In this document: positions 28,937 through 40,503 of the stretch, piece by piece
Layout of the letters: each line of letters starts with the position of its first letter
Position numbering within the stretch: position 1 is the first letter of the stretch
Assembly (NCBI GenBank): GCA_035513195.1
Contig: DATKCM010000067.1
Coordinates: forward strand, 1 to 47,033
Source: Acidimicrobiia bacterium
GTDB taxonomy: Bacteria > Actinomycetota > Acidimicrobiia > Spongiisociales > ZC4RG35
Direction: 5' to 3'
Length of the DNA stretch: 47,033 nt
The notes under the pieces: model-generated
What the model saw: the letters and a program-made list of their open reading frames with translations, nothing else
What the model was told of the DNA's origin: nothing
Database searches by the model: none
Program-made: the position numbers and the translations under genes

Positions 28937-31551
28937 AGGGCAGATAACGCCTTTTCGGCAGCTTCCCTCGACCTGGCGAGGGCATCGTTGAGTCGACCGC
29001 CTGCAGGTCCTCCCGCCTGGGCGAGTTCGGGGTCTCGTGAGCCTCCTCCGCCCATTTCCCTGGCTCCCGGCGTGATCAAGTCGGCCGCGGACACACCTGC
29101 GGCGACCAGGTCGGTGCTGACAAGGCCGACAAGCGCACCCTTGCCCCCCTGGTTCGAGCCGACTATCACCGCGGTTCCCGGGCCAGCAATGTTCCGGATT
29201 GCGAGTGCCAGTTGGCGCAGCTCATTGCCGCCCAGATCGGCGCTGGCCACCACCAACTTGTGCTCGCCTACTCGTGAGGCTCCCCGGGCCAGGCCCTCGG
29301 CCAGCTCGGTTCGCTCTCGTGACCGCACCGCATCGATCTGCTTCTCCAGATCCAGGGATTTGGCCAGGATCGCCTCAACGCGCTCCGGTGCGTCTGTGGA
29401 CGCGACTTTCAAGGCGCGAGCCACACGGTCGAGATCGTCGCGCATCCTCACCAGCTCACCGAACGCCGCCATGCCGGTGAGCGCCTCCACCCTGCGCACA
29501 TTGGCGCCAATCGATGACTCGCTCATGAGGATCAGTGGCCCAACCTGACCGGACGTTTCGGTATGGGTGCCGCCACAGAACTCAACGGAGAAATCCCCGA
29601 CGCTCACAACCCGCACCGTCTCGCCGTACTTGTCGCCGAAGAAGGCAATTGCACCCATCTCCTGGGCCTCGTCTTTCGAGGTGATCTGCGTCTTGACCCG
29701 GGCATTGGCGATCAGTCGTTCGTTGACCTCGGATTCGATTTCGGCCAGTTCCTGGCCGGGGACCCGGGTGTGGTGAGAGAAGTCGAAACGAAGCCTGCCG
29801 GGCTCTACAAGTGAGCCCGCCTGGACGGCGTGTTCCCCGACGACATCGCGGATTGCCCAGTGGAGCACGTGAGTTCCGGTGTGGCTCTTTCGGATCGCCT
29901 CGCGGCGCGGTGAGTCGATCGAGGCGGTCGCCCTCTGGCCGGTGGCGACAAAGCCCGTGCTCACACGGGCACGGTGACCGTGCAGCCCCTGCAAGGCGTG
30001 TTGGGTGTCGACGATTTCGGCCGCACCGGTTTCGGTCTCGATGACTCCGGTGTCTCCGACCTGGCCCCCCGACTCGCCGTAGAAAGGAGTTACGTCGAGG
30101 AAGATCTCGACACTCTGGCCCTCATCTGCCCGCTCGACCCGGTCGCCATCCGCAACCATCGAGAGTATCGTCCCCGACCCCGATTCGACATCGTATCCTA
30201 CGAAATCGGTTGGTCCCGTCGTGTCGAGGACTTCCCGATACAGATCTGCCTCAGCCGCGGTGTCCCCGCCCTTCCATGCCGCCCTGGCTCTTTTGCGCTG
30301 CTCCTCCATCGCCGACTCGAAGCCGGGAAGGTCCACAGCAATTCCCTTCTCCTGCGCAATCTCCCTGGTCAGATCAACGGGGAAGCCATAGGTGTCGTGA
30401 AGTTTGAAGACGGTCGCCCCCGAGAGCTCGCCGACGTCACCGGCAAGTTCAGTCTCGAGCAGCTGGTGACCGGATTCCAGTGTTCGGCGAAATCCCTCTT
30501 CTTCTCTGGTGACCATGTCCTGGATGAAGTTCTGCTTTGAGACGATCTCGGGGTAGGCCGATCCCATCGCCTCGACGGTTGCCTCCACCAGCCCGGGAAA
30601 CACAAGACCATGACCGCCGAATTGCCATGCGTGCCGAACTGCCCTCCTCAGGATCCTGCGCAGAACATACCCGCGGCCCTCGTTGGAGGGGACCACCCCG
30701 TCGGCGATCAGGAAAGTGACACTTCTGCCGTGATCAGCGATTAGTCGCAGGGAAACGTCGTCCCTCTCGTCCTCGCCGTACTTGAGACCTGTGTACGACG
30801 CTGCCCGGTCTCTAACCGGCCGAACCGTGTCGATGTCGAACGACGAAGGGACTCCCTGCATGACAGCGGCAACCCGCTCCATGCCCATACCGGTGTCGAT
30901 GTTCTTCGTCGGGAGGTCGCCCACCACGTTGTAGGGCGCATCCTGGATGTTCTGCATGAAAACCAGATTCCAGATCTCGACAAAACGCTCTTCGTCACCC
31001 CCGACCGGGCCTCCGTCGTCACCGAACTCCGGGCCCTTGTCCCAGAACAGCTCCGAGCTGGGCCCGCATGGCCCCGCCACGCCCATCTGCCAGAAATTGT
31101 CCCTGCCACCTCTCTGGAGACGGTCCGCCGGCACACCCACCCCATCGATCCAGATCCCTGCGGCCTCGTCGTCGTCGTCGTAAACGGTGTACCAGAGCCG
31201 GTCGGCGTCCAGACCGAGATGCTCGGTGATGAACTCGTAGGCATACGGGATCGCCAGCTCTTTGAAGTAGTCGCCGAAGCTGAAATTGCCGGCCATCTCG
31301 AAGAAAGAGAAATGACGTGTTGTGGTTCCGATGATATCGATGTCAACGGTGCGGACACATTTCTGGATTGACACCGCTCGGTCCCATGGTGGTTTCTCCT
31401 CACCAAGGAAGTAAGGCTTGAAAGGCACCATGCCTGCGTTGTTCAGCAGAAGAGTCGGGTCGTTCGGAATCAGAGAAGCCGATGGCCGCAGGGTATGACC
31501 CCGCTCCTCGAAGAAAGCTATGAACTTGTCCCGAATCTCTTGGCTGTTCAA
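28933..31551 (-). CDS. alaS: alanine--tRNA ligase
   Basis: AlaRS features are present throughout (EIRDKFIAFFEERGH, HHT..FEMLGN-like FFEMAGNFSFGDYF, HTGTH editing motif, C-terminal DHHA1). The start is set at the TTG at 31551 (M-NSQEIRDKF), matching family N-termini. The ORF-track ATG at 31701 would overlap aspS by 86 nt. Confidence 0.9.
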   Translation of the reverse strand: MNSQEIRDKFIAFFEERGHTLRPSASLIPNDPTLLLNNAGMVPFKPYFLGEEKPPWDRAVSIQKCVRTVDIDIIGTTTRHFSFFEMAGNFSFGDYFKELAIPYAYEFITEHLGLDADRLWYTVYDDDDEAAGIWIDGVGVPADRLQRGGRDNFWQMGVAGPCGPSSELFWDKGPEFGDDGGPVGGDEERFVEIWNLVFMQNIQDAPYNVVGDLPTKNIDTGMGMERVAAVMQGVPSSFDIDTVRPVRDRAASYTGLKYGEDERDDVSLRLIADHGRSVTFLIADGVVPSNEGRGYVLRRILRRAVRHAWQFGGHGLVFPGLVEATVEAMGSAYPEIVSKQNFIQDMVTREEEGFRRTLESGHQLLETELAGDVGELSGATVFKLHDTYGFPVDLTREIAQEKGIAVDLPGFESAMEEQRKRARAAWKGGDTAAEADLYREVLDTTGPTDFVGYDVESGSGTILSMVADGDRVERADEGQSVEIFLDVTPFYGESGGQVGDTGVIETETGAAEIVDTQHALQGLHGHRARVSTGFVATGQRATASIDSPRREAIRKSHTGTHVLHWAIRDVVGEHAVQAGSLVEPGRLRFDFSHHTRVPGQELAEIESEVNERLIANARVKTQITSKDEAQEMGAIAFFGDKYGETVRVVSVGDFSVEFCGGTHTETSGQVGPLILMSESSIGANVRRVEALTGMAAFGELVRMRDDLDRVARALKVASTDAPERVEAILAKSLDLEKQIDAVRSRERTELAEGLARGASRVGEHKLVVASADLGGNELRQLALAIRNIAGPGTAVIVGSNQGGKGALVGLVSTDLVAAGVSAADLITPGAREMGGGGSRDPELAQAGGPAGGRLNDALARSREAAEKALSAL

Positions 31552-31615
31552 GGTTCGATGAATACTAAGGACTGACCGGGCCAAACCCGGGTTGATAGAG
31601 GCGCAACCGATCGCA

Positions 31616-33382
31616 TCAGTCCGCTTTCCGCTCCAGAGCAGTCGGCCCCAGCTCGATGCCCAACTCGGCCAGCAGATCGTCGTCGACCCAGGTGGGGGCA
31701 CCCGTCATCGGATCAGAGCCGGTCTGCGTCTTTGGAAACGGAATCACCTCGCGGATGGATGCCTCGTTCTGGAGGATCATCACCAGACGATCAATCCCGA
31801 ACGCGAAGCCCGCATGAGGTGGTGTCCCGTACCTCAGGGCTTGGAGAAACCAACCGAATCGACGTTCGGCGACCTCAGTATCGATACCCAGAATTTCGAA
31901 GACCTTCTTCTGTGTCTCAGGATCGTGGATACGGACCGAGCCCGAGCCGAGCTCGACACCGTTGAGCACCGCGTCGTAGGCCTGCGAAACTGCCCTTTCC
32001 GGATCGGAAGCCATCTCCTCGATCGAGGCCGGAGCGGTGAACGGGTGATGCGAGAAGGTGATCTTCCCCGAGTCATCCTCCTCGAACAGAGGGAAATCGA
32101 CCACCCAGAGGAAGGCGAGCTCGTCGTGGCCGGCCGGCCGCCCCAGTTCGATCCTGAGCCCTCCGAGAACGCCGACAACCGTCCGCCAGCGGTCGGCAAC
32201 CAGCAACAGCACATCTCCGGGCGTGGCCGAGAGCCGGTCTTTGATCCCTTTCTGCTCCTCGGAAGATAGAAATCTGGCGACCGGGGACCGGAGACCGCCG
32301 TCGTCCTCGACCACCATCCACACCAGCCCTCCGGCACCGAGCTCTTTGGCCCTGTCGGTGAGCGTGTCTGCCCTGCTCCTCGGCCAATCCTGGGCGCCGG
32401 CGTTGATTCCACGGACGGTCCCGCCGTCTGCCACCGTCTTCGCGAACACCCCGAACTCGGAGTTGGCCACAACATCGGTGAGGTCAGTGATTTCCATCCC
32501 GAAGCGGATGTCGGGTTTGTCCGAGCCGAATCGGTCCATCGCCTCCTGCCATGAGATGCGGGGAAAGGCCTCCGTGATCGCGGCGCCTCGCACTTCGGCG
32601 ACAACCGACTTGAGCACCGACTCGACGGTGTCGAGCACCTCATCGCGACCCCAAAACGACCCTTCCAGGTCGAGTTGGGTGAACTCGAGCTGGCGGTCGG
32701 CCCGGAAATCCTCGTCCCGGTAACAACGAGCGATTTGGAAATATCGCTCCACGCCGGCGACCATCAAGAGTTGCTTGAACAGTTGCGGCGATTGTGGGAG
32801 GGCATAGAACTCGCCCTGGCGGAGCCGGGAGGGCACCAGCATGTCCCTCGCCCCTTCCGGTGTGCTGTTGATCAGGGTCGGGGTCTCGATCTCGAGAAAA
32901 CCCTGGTCGTCGAGGGTTCGCCGGATCGCGGCAGTCGATCTGGACCGGGCTCTGAGATTGGCTGCCATCCGGGGCCGCCTCAGATCGAGGTAGCGGTGCT
33001 GTAGCCTGATTCTCTCGTCGACCTCGGTTCGGTCGTCGATGAGGAACGGGAGTGCTTCTGCTCCAGAGAGCACCGTCAACTCTTCCACTCCGATCTCGAC
33101 CTCGCCGGTCTCCAGATCGGGGTTGACTGTTCCCTCGGGCCGTTCACGAACAGTCCCGCTCACGCTCACGCAGAACTCCATCCTGATCTCATCGACAGCC
33201 GCATGTTCGTCGGGGTCAGCCACCGCCTGGATCAGGCCGGAGGCGTCGCGGATGTCGAGGAACGCAACACCGCCATGATCTCTGCGTCGCTGCACCCAAC
33301 CGGCGACGGTCACCCGCTCGCCGACCGATTCCCGGGAGATTTCCCCCGCCTTGTGCGTGCGTATCACCTGCTTGTCAGCCAC
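31616..33382 (-). CDS. aspS: aspartate--tRNA ligase
   Basis: 588 aa. Signatures include GWVQRRRDHGGVAFLDIRD, the FRADRQLEFTQLD region and GSGSVRIH. A GTG at 33382, or alternatively the GTG at 33367, forms a GTGA overlap with the hisS stop. Confidence 0.95.
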   Translation of the reverse strand: MADKQVIRTHKAGEISRESVGERVTVAGWVQRRRDHGGVAFLDIRDASGLIQAVADPDEHAAVDEIRMEFCVSVSGTVRERPEGTVNPDLETGEVEIGVEELTVLSGAEALPFLIDDRTEVDERIRLQHRYLDLRRPRMAANLRARSRSTAAIRRTLDDQGFLEIETPTLINSTPEGARDMLVPSRLRQGEFYALPQSPQLFKQLLMVAGVERYFQIARCYRDEDFRADRQLEFTQLDLEGSFWGRDEVLDTVESVLKSVVAEVRGAAITEAFPRISWQEAMDRFGSDKPDIRFGMEITDLTDVVANSEFGVFAKTVADGGTVRGINAGAQDWPRSRADTLTDRAKELGAGGLVWMVVEDDGGLRSPVARFLSSEEQKGIKDRLSATPGDVLLLVADRWRTVVGVLGGLRIELGRPAGHDELAFLWVVDFPLFEEDDSGKITFSHHPFTAPASIEEMASDPERAVSQAYDAVLNGVELGSGSVRIHDPETQKKVFEILGIDTEVAERRFGWFLQALRYGTPPHAGFAFGIDRLVMILQNEASIREVIPFPKTQTGSDPMTGAPTWVDDDLLAELGIELGPTALERKAD

Positions 33383-34572
33383 CGCGGAACCTCCTGCAAC
33401 GGCACCTCGTGGCGCTCGTCCTCGATGCGGACACTCACATCCTGGTCATCCCCGTGATAGATCATGGTGATCGGAGCCCCCGTCCTTCCCGCTGCTTTGA
33501 ACTGCGACTTGACTGATTTGCCCTCGAGGTCGTAGTCGACGGCGAACCCGAGCCCCCGCAGTTCCGACACCAGGGCGAGGGCATCGCCGGCGGTGGTCTC
33601 GGAGACAACGTAGATATCGAGAGCAGGATCCGGTTCTTCACCGATGGCGAGAACGATTCGATCAACACCCAGGGCGAAGCCAACGCCGGGAGCCCTTCTC
33701 CCTCCGAGGCTTTCGGCAAGACCGTCATACCGCCCGCCGCCACCGACCGCGTTTTGAGCCGCGTCCAGATCGACACCGATGTACTCAAAGGCGGTGCGGG
33801 TGTAGTAGTCAAGGCCTCTCACCAGGGTGGCATCCTCCACAAAGGGCACCCCGAGCAGTTCGAGCCCCGAGCGGACGGCCTCGTGGTGTTCGCGGCAGTC
33901 GTCACAGAGGAATTCGGCCATGCCGGGAGCGCCGGCCACAACGTCGCTGCAAACCCCGCAATCCAGGATACGGAGCGGATTCGGGTCAATCAGAGGCAAC
34001 GAGTCACCGCAGAGCCTATCCTCGTTGTCCCGGAAGTAGCCGCGCAGCTCTTCGAGATATCGGGGACGACAGGCAGCGTCACCGAGGCTGTTCAGCCGCA
34101 GCTCGAGTTGTTCCAGCCCCACCGAGCGGATGAACCGGTATCCCAATTCGATCACTTCGACGTCGGCCAGTGGCGACTCGACATCCAGGTATTCGACCCC
34201 GACCTGGTAGAACTGCCGGCTTCTCCCCCTCTGTGGCCGTTCGTATCGAAACATCGGGCCTGAATAGGCAGCTTTCCACGCCCCCCGGGCTCCGGAGTGC
34301 AGAAAAGCCCGAACCACTCCTGCCGTCCCTTCGGGTCGAAGGGACACCGACCGGCCTCCCTTGTCCTCAAACGTGTACATCTGTTTGGTGACAACCTCGC
34401 TGGTGTCGCCTACGCCCCTCTCGAACAGCTCAGTCGCCTCGAGAACCGGTGACAGGATCAGCGGATACCCGAAGAGCGCCGACCACTCCTCCCACGCGAC
34501 GAGCACGCGGCGCCAGATCCCGGACTCGGGCACGTGAATGTCTGCAATGCCAATCGGCGGTTGGAAACTCAT
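33364..34572 (-). CDS. hisS: histidine--tRNA ligase
   Basis: 402 aa with class II motifs (LRPEGTAGVVRA, FRYERPQRGRSRQFYQ, GGGRYD). Confidence 0.94.
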   Translation of the reverse strand: MSFQPPIGIADIHVPESGIWRRVLVAWEEWSALFGYPLILSPVLEATELFERGVGDTSEVVTKQMYTFEDKGGRSVSLRPEGTAGVVRAFLHSGARGAWKAAYSGPMFRYERPQRGRSRQFYQVGVEYLDVESPLADVEVIELGYRFIRSVGLEQLELRLNSLGDAACRPRYLEELRGYFRDNEDRLCGDSLPLIDPNPLRILDCGVCSDVVAGAPGMAEFLCDDCREHHEAVRSGLELLGVPFVEDATLVRGLDYYTRTAFEYIGVDLDAAQNAVGGGGRYDGLAESLGGRRAPGVGFALGVDRIVLAIGEEPDPALDIYVVSETTAGDALALVSELRGLGFAVDYDLEGKSVKSQFKAAGRTGAPITMIYHGDDQDVSVRIEDERHEVPLQEVPRWLTSR

Positions 34573-34620
34573 GGATGTCGCAGGTTAGGCGTTGGAGGGT
34601 GCGAACCCCCCACCCTCACG

Positions 34621-35265
34621 TCACAGTCCCCGCAGGAAAGGATTCGAAGATCGCTCCGTGCCAATCGTCGTCTCCGGCCCGTGCCCGGGGAGAATCCGAA
34701 CATGGTCGTCGAGAGTAAGAACCTTGGATGCCATCGACTCCAGCAGCTGGCTGGTCGAGCCACCAGGAAGGTCAGTTCTTCCCACACTCCCCGCGAAGAG
34801 CTGATCTCCGGAAAAGAGAGTGCCCTCCGCTTCGACGTAAAAGCAACAGTGCCCCGGCGTGTGACCGGGGGTGTGACGCGTCTCGAACCTGATTCCTCCC
34901 AGGTCGAGGATCTGCCCGTCCTCCAGGTCCGTCAGCTTCTCGGGCACGTCGTAGGAGCCTGGCGGCTTCATTCCGAAGATCTGCATCAGTTGCTCCTCCG
35001 GGTGGAGGGTGAGGAAATCGTCGTCGGGGTGCACAAAGACCTCGCTGCCGTGTCGGGCCGAGATCTCTCCCGCGCCGCCGCTGTGGTCGACATGACCATG
35101 GGTGAGCAGCACCGAACCAACCGTAAGCCTGAGCTGTTGAACCACCTCCCCGATGCGTTCCGGGTCGGGTGGAACATCGACAAGGGTGGCGACGCCATCC
35201 TGTCCGTCGTAGACGATGTAGGCATTGGTCTGGGCGGCCCAGGCCGGGACGGCTACGACCTTCAC
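34621..35265 (-). CDS. MBL-fold metallo-hydrolase (glyoxalase II-like)
   Basis: 214 aa with THGHVDHSGG and HTPGHTPGH. It holds the same position (between rel and hisS) as in other actinobacteria. Confidence 0.88.
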   Translation of the reverse strand: MKVVAVPAWAAQTNAYIVYDGQDGVATLVDVPPDPERIGEVVQQLRLTVGSVLLTHGHVDHSGGAGEISARHGSEVFVHPDDDFLTLHPEEQLMQIFGMKPPGSYDVPEKLTDLEDGQILDLGGIRFETRHTPGHTPGHCCFYVEAEGTLFSGDQLFAGSVGRTDLPGGSTSQLLESMASKVLTLDDHVRILPGHGPETTIGTERSSNPFLRGL

Positions 35266-37436
35266 TGCGATGCGGGGTCGTTGGCAAGACGGAATGCCGT
35301 GAACACACCGTCGACGCCGCGGAGATCGCTGAGCAACCTTCCCAGCTGACCGGGATCGGAGAGCTCGATCTCATAGCGGAGGATGGCAACCCGATCGTCG
35401 CCGACGACAGTCGACGAGGCGGTGATGTTGCCCCCGGTTTCGGTCACCATTGTCGTCACATCTCGAAGCAGCTTGGTCCGGTCCAGTGCCTCGATCTGGA
35501 TCCACACTACGAACGCCCCCTCGATCTCCACCGGCCAACTGACTTCGACCGCGCGCTCTCTCCGCTCGGAAAGATCGGTTACGTTGGTGCAATCCGACCT
35601 GTGGACCGATACGCCACGGCCCACCGTCACATAGCCGATAATCGGGTCACCGGGCACAGGAGAACAGCACCTGGCGAGATGGATGAGCATGTCGTCCTGA
35701 CCTTCCACCACGACATGCGCGGACGTGCCCGTATCCCGCTTGCGCGGGGCGAACAGGGAATCTGTCACTTCGGGCTCGGGACGGAGGATCCTGACCAGCC
35801 GCGTCTGGATCGAATCGATTGAAACATTGCCCTCGCCAAGCGCCACGACGAGCGAATCGGCGTCCTGCTGGCCGAGTTCTTTTCCGATCGCCGTGAGTGC
35901 GTTTTCCCGCTCCACGGCCGTCAAGCCGGGGGCTTCCCTGGCGAATAATGCGTTGATCTGATCCCGCCCCTCGCCTGCAGCCTGGTCGCGGCGCTCCTGT
36001 TGGAACCAATGTTTGATCTTCGACTTCGCCCGTCCAGTCCGAGCGAATCTGAGCCAATCCCTGCTCGGGCCGGCGTCCATCGACTTCGAGGTGAGAACCT
36101 CCACGATGTCCCCGGAGTGGAGACGGGTGGAAAGGGGTACCAAGCGTCCGTTGATCCGGGCTCCAACGCAGTGGTGCCCCACCTCGGTGTGGACCGTGTA
36201 GGCGAAGTCGACCGGCGTGGCTCCCTCTGGCAATGACTTCACATCCCCGCCCGGGGTGAGTACGAAAACCTCGTCGTGGTGGAGGTCGAGTTTGAGGTTG
36301 GCGAGGAACTCCTCGGGATCCTCCTCGGCCATCAGGGAGTCGACATCGACGGTGACCATCGGAGCGTGCTCGCCCTCCTTGTACCGCCAGTGTGCCGCGA
36401 TGCCGGCCTCCGCCCTCCAGTGCATCTCCTCGGTCCGGATCTGGATCTCGAGAGGCTTGCCATCCGGGCCGATCACCGTCGTGTGTAGCGACTGGTAGAG
36501 GTTGATCTTGGGCATGGCAATATAGTCCTTGAAGCGCCCGGCGACCGGCACCCAATGGCTGTGAACGAGACCGAGGGCGGCGTAGCAATCGCGGGTTGAC
36601 TCGACAACCACCCGGATCCCGATCAGGTCATGGATGTCCTCGAACGGCCTGTTCTGCTCCATCATCTTGCGGTAGATCGAATAGAGGTGCTTGGGCCGGC
36701 CCGTGACCGTGGACTCGATGTTGGAGTCCGAGAGAATCCCCGCGATTTCAGTGACCATCTTCTCGATGAAGGCTTCCCGTTCCGGGGCGAGAAGGGCGAG
36801 CTTGCCTTCGATCTCGGCTTGCGGGCCGGGATAGAGAATGGAGAAGCAGCGATCCTCCAATTCGTGCTTTATCTCCTGGACACCGAGGCGGTGAGCCAGT
36901 GGTGCGTACACATCGAGGGTCTCCCTCGCGACCCTGACCTGTTTCTCCTCGCGAAGCGCATAGACGGTCCGCATGTTGTGGAGCCGGTCGAAGAGCTTGA
37001 TGATCAACACCCGGACGTCCTGTGCCATCGCCACGACCATTTTGCGGATCGTCGCCGCCTGCGCCTGCTCCCGGTTGGTGTACCGGACCCGGTCCAGCTT
37101 GGTGACACCATCGATGAGAGAGGCGATCTCGTCGCCGAAATCGTCCCGGATCATCTCCAGGGTGACGTTGGTGTCCTCAACCGTGTCGTGGAGGAGGGCA
37201 GCGGCCAGTGTGGGGGCGTCGAGCCCCGTCTCGGCGAGCATCTTCGCCACGGCGAGAGGGTGGGTTATGTACGGGGCTCCGGTCTTGCGCACCTGACCCT
37301 TGTGGGCCTCTTTAGCCAGGTCGTATGCCCTGCGCAGCAGCTCGACATCACCTTCTCGATGATGCAATCGGAAAGCATCCAGCACGTCGACGAGTTGGAC
37401 GGCAGTTTCGTTTTCAGTCGTAGCGAATGAGTGCAT
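35262..37436 (-). CDS. rel: bifunctional (p)ppGpp synthetase/hydrolase Rel (RSH)
   Basis: It has an HD hydrolase domain (YITHPLAV, HDTVEDT), a synthetase domain (RPKHLYSIYRKM, DLIGIRVV), and TGS and ACT regions. The ATG at 37436 is preferred; a GTG at 37448 is possible. It overlaps the 3' end of apt. Confidence 0.95.
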   Translation of the reverse strand: MHSFATTENETAVQLVDVLDAFRLHHREGDVELLRRAYDLAKEAHKGQVRKTGAPYITHPLAVAKMLAETGLDAPTLAAALLHDTVEDTNVTLEMIRDDFGDEIASLIDGVTKLDRVRYTNREQAQAATIRKMVVAMAQDVRVLIIKLFDRLHNMRTVYALREEKQVRVARETLDVYAPLAHRLGVQEIKHELEDRCFSILYPGPQAEIEGKLALLAPEREAFIEKMVTEIAGILSDSNIESTVTGRPKHLYSIYRKMMEQNRPFEDIHDLIGIRVVVESTRDCYAALGLVHSHWVPVAGRFKDYIAMPKINLYQSLHTTVIGPDGKPLEIQIRTEEMHWRAEAGIAAHWRYKEGEHAPMVTVDVDSLMAEEDPEEFLANLKLDLHHDEVFVLTPGGDVKSLPEGATPVDFAYTVHTEVGHHCVGARINGRLVPLSTRLHSGDIVEVLTSKSMDAGPSRDWLRFARTGRAKSKIKHWFQQERRDQAAGEGRDQINALFAREAPGLTAVERENALTAIGKELGQQDADSLVVALGEGNVSIDSIQTRLVRILRPEPEVTDSLFAPRKRDTGTSAHVVVEGQDDMLIHLARCCSPVPGDPIIGYVTVGRGVSVHRSDCTNVTDLSERRERAVEVSWPVEIEGAFVVWIQIEALDRTKLLRDVTTMVTETGGNITASSTVVGDDRVAILRYEIELSDPGQLGRLLSDLRGVDGVFTAFRLANDPASQ

Positions 37437-37938
37437 GGAGTGGCACACCGTTGAGTTGTTCCGAACCGTTCAAGAACGAAAGCTCGATGAAAACGGACAG
37501 GCCCACCACATCGGCTCCGAGCCGACGGAGAAGCCGCACAGCAGCCGCAGCGGTACCGCCCGTTGCGATCACATCATCGACCACGAGCACCTTCTCGCCT
37601 TCCACCGCGGCATCAGTGTGGATTTCGAGGGCGTCTATCCCGTACTCCAGTTCATAGTCTTCGCGGACCGTTTCGTACGGGAGCTTTCCCGGTTTGCGAA
37701 TCGGGATGAATCCAGCTCCGAGCCGTTCGGCGACTGGTGTCGCCAGCGTGAATCCACGTGCCTCGATTCCCGCAACTTTGGTCACGCCCTGGTCCTGAAA
37801 GGGGAGAGCGAGGGCGGTCACGAGCTCACTGAACGCCTCTCCGTCTGCGAGAACAGGGGTGATGTCCTTGAAAATCACGCCCTTCTCTGGGAAATCGGGG
37901 ATGTCACGGATAAGAGAGCTGAATCTTTCCACGCCCAT
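37414..37938 (-). CDS. apt: adenine phosphoribosyltransferase
   Basis: 174 aa with FPEKGVIFKDITP and the PRPP motif VLVVDDVIATGGT. Confidence 0.95.
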   Translation of the reverse strand: MGVERFSSLIRDIPDFPEKGVIFKDITPVLADGEAFSELVTALALPFQDQGVTKVAGIEARGFTLATPVAERLGAGFIPIRKPGKLPYETVREDYELEYGIDALEIHTDAAVEGEKVLVVDDVIATGGTAAAAVRLLRRLGADVVGLSVFIELSFLNGSEQLNGVPLHALIRYD

Positions 37939-37989
37939 AGTCTACGACCCCCTCAGGCTCGTGCCGACGATCCCGGAGTCGACAAAACT

Positions 37990-38295
37990 TCAGATGGCTC
38001 CGGCGTCGCCGGCTTTGGCGCCAACGGCCCTGCGTGCGACCCTGATCTGGCCCTGCTCGACCTCGAGGAGCACCGACTCCTCGTCGATGGTCAGGATCCG
38101 CCCGTGGATCCCGCCGATGGTTCGGACGTCATCACCGATCTCGAGTGACGCTGACAATTCCTGCTGCGCTTTCTGCCGCTGCCGCTGGGGGCGGATGATG
38201 AAGAAGTAGAAGACGGCGACCATAAGGCCGAGGAAGATGAGGGTGGTGGTGCCGCCACCTCCCGTATCTTCCTGGGCGAGAACGAAATTGGACAC
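37990..38295 (-). CDS. yajC: preprotein translocase subunit YajC
   Basis: 101 aa with a single TM helix and FFIIRPQRQRQK...GDDVRTIGGIHGRI. It uses a GTG start. Confidence 0.9.
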   Translation of the reverse strand: MSNFVLAQEDTGGGGTTTLIFLGLMVAVFYFFIIRPQRQRQKAQQELSASLEIGDDVRTIGGIHGRILTIDEESVLLEVEQGQIRVARRAVGAKAGDAGAI

Positions 38296-38346
38296 AAAGC
38301 CTCCGGAAATAGGAACCGACAGCGCAGATTAGGCAATCGAAACCGT

Positions 38347-39483
<1,137 letters not shown>

Positions 39484-40500
39484 TCAGTCGAGCAGCGAAC
39501 CCTGGATGTTGGCCGGGACGTCAATACCGAGGTGAGCGTAAGCATTTGCCGTCGCCACCCGTCCCCTGGGAGTGCGGTTGAGCATCCCGATCTGCAACAG
39601 GAAAGGCTCATAGGCGTCTTCGACTGTCTCCGGCTCCTCTCCGACAGCAACGGCTAGCGTGGATAGGCCCACCGGGCCACCGCCAAACTTGTGGACGACG
39701 GCATCGAGGATCGACCGGTCGACCTTGTCGAGGCCGAGCTCGTCAACTTCGAAGACGTGGAGCGCGTGCTCAGCAATGCTGGCATCGATGGTGCCGTCAC
39801 CACGCGCCACTGCGTAATCGCGCACCCGGGCCAGCAAACGATTGGCGATCCTTGGGGTGGAGCGGCTTCGTCTGGAGATGACGTCGGCGGCATCGGCCCC
39901 GATCTCGAACCCGATGATCGATGCCGACCGGACGATGATCGAAGCCAGTTCTTCGTCGGTGTAGTAATCGAGCTTCTCCTCGATGCCGAACCTGTCGCGA
40001 AGCGGAGCCGTCACCTTGCCTTTTCGGGTGGTTGCCCCGACGAGCGTGAAGCGGGGAAGGTCGATCCGGATCGACTGTGCAGTCGGGCCCTTGCCGAGGA
40101 CGATGTCGAGTTGAAAGTCCTCCATCGCCGGGTAGAGCACCTCTTCTACTGGCCGGGGAAGGCGGTGGATCTCGTCGATGAAGAAGACGTCTCCGGGTTG
40201 AAGGTTGCTGAGGATGGCCGCCAGATCTCCGGGCCGCTCGAGGGCCGGGCCCGAGGTGATGCGAAAAGCGACACCAAGCTCGGCAGCTATCACTCCGGCC
40301 AGGGTCGTCTTACCCAGACCCGGAGGACCCGAGAACATCACGTGGTCGAGCTCTCTCTCCTCTTCGCGGGCCGCTTCGATCGAGATGCGGAGCCGTTCTT
40401 TGACACTCTCCTGACCGACGAATTCGTCCAATCTGCGGGGACGGAGGCTGATCTCCTCTTCGGTGGTGACCGCCGGGTTGAGCAAGCTCTCTTCGTTCAT
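39484..40500 (-). CDS. ruvB: Holliday junction branch migration helicase RuvB
   Basis: 338 aa with Walker [18 protein letters not shown] and the sensor region. Confidence 0.97.
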   Translation of the reverse strand: MNEESLLNPAVTTEEEISLRPRRLDEFVGQESVKERLRISIEAAREEERELDHVMFSGPPGLGKTTLAGVIAAELGVAFRITSGPALERPGDLAAILSNLQPGDVFFIDEIHRLPRPVEEVLYPAMEDFQLDIVLGKGPTAQSIRIDLPRFTLVGATTRKGKVTAPLRDRFGIEEKLDYYTDEELASIIVRSASIIGFEIGADAADVISRRSRSTPRIANRLLARVRDYAVARGDGTIDASIAEHALHVFEVDELGLDKVDRSILDAVVHKFGGGPVGLSTLAVAVGEEPETVEDAYEPFLLQIGMLNRTPRGRVATANAYAHLGIDVPANIQGSLLD

Positions 40501-40503
40501 CTG

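Noticed and set aside
34595-34617. Hairpin GAGGGTG-cgaaccccc-CACCCTC between the MBL hydrolase gene and hisS.
   Set aside because: It is a 7-bp stem with no U-tract on the transcribed (minus) strand. It is not convincing as a terminator or attenuator and may be incidental.
36641-36654. GAAC-GGCCT-GTTC inside rel, resembling an SOS box.
   Set aside because: The spacer is 5 nt rather than 4, the flanks do not match, and the site is deep inside a CDS.
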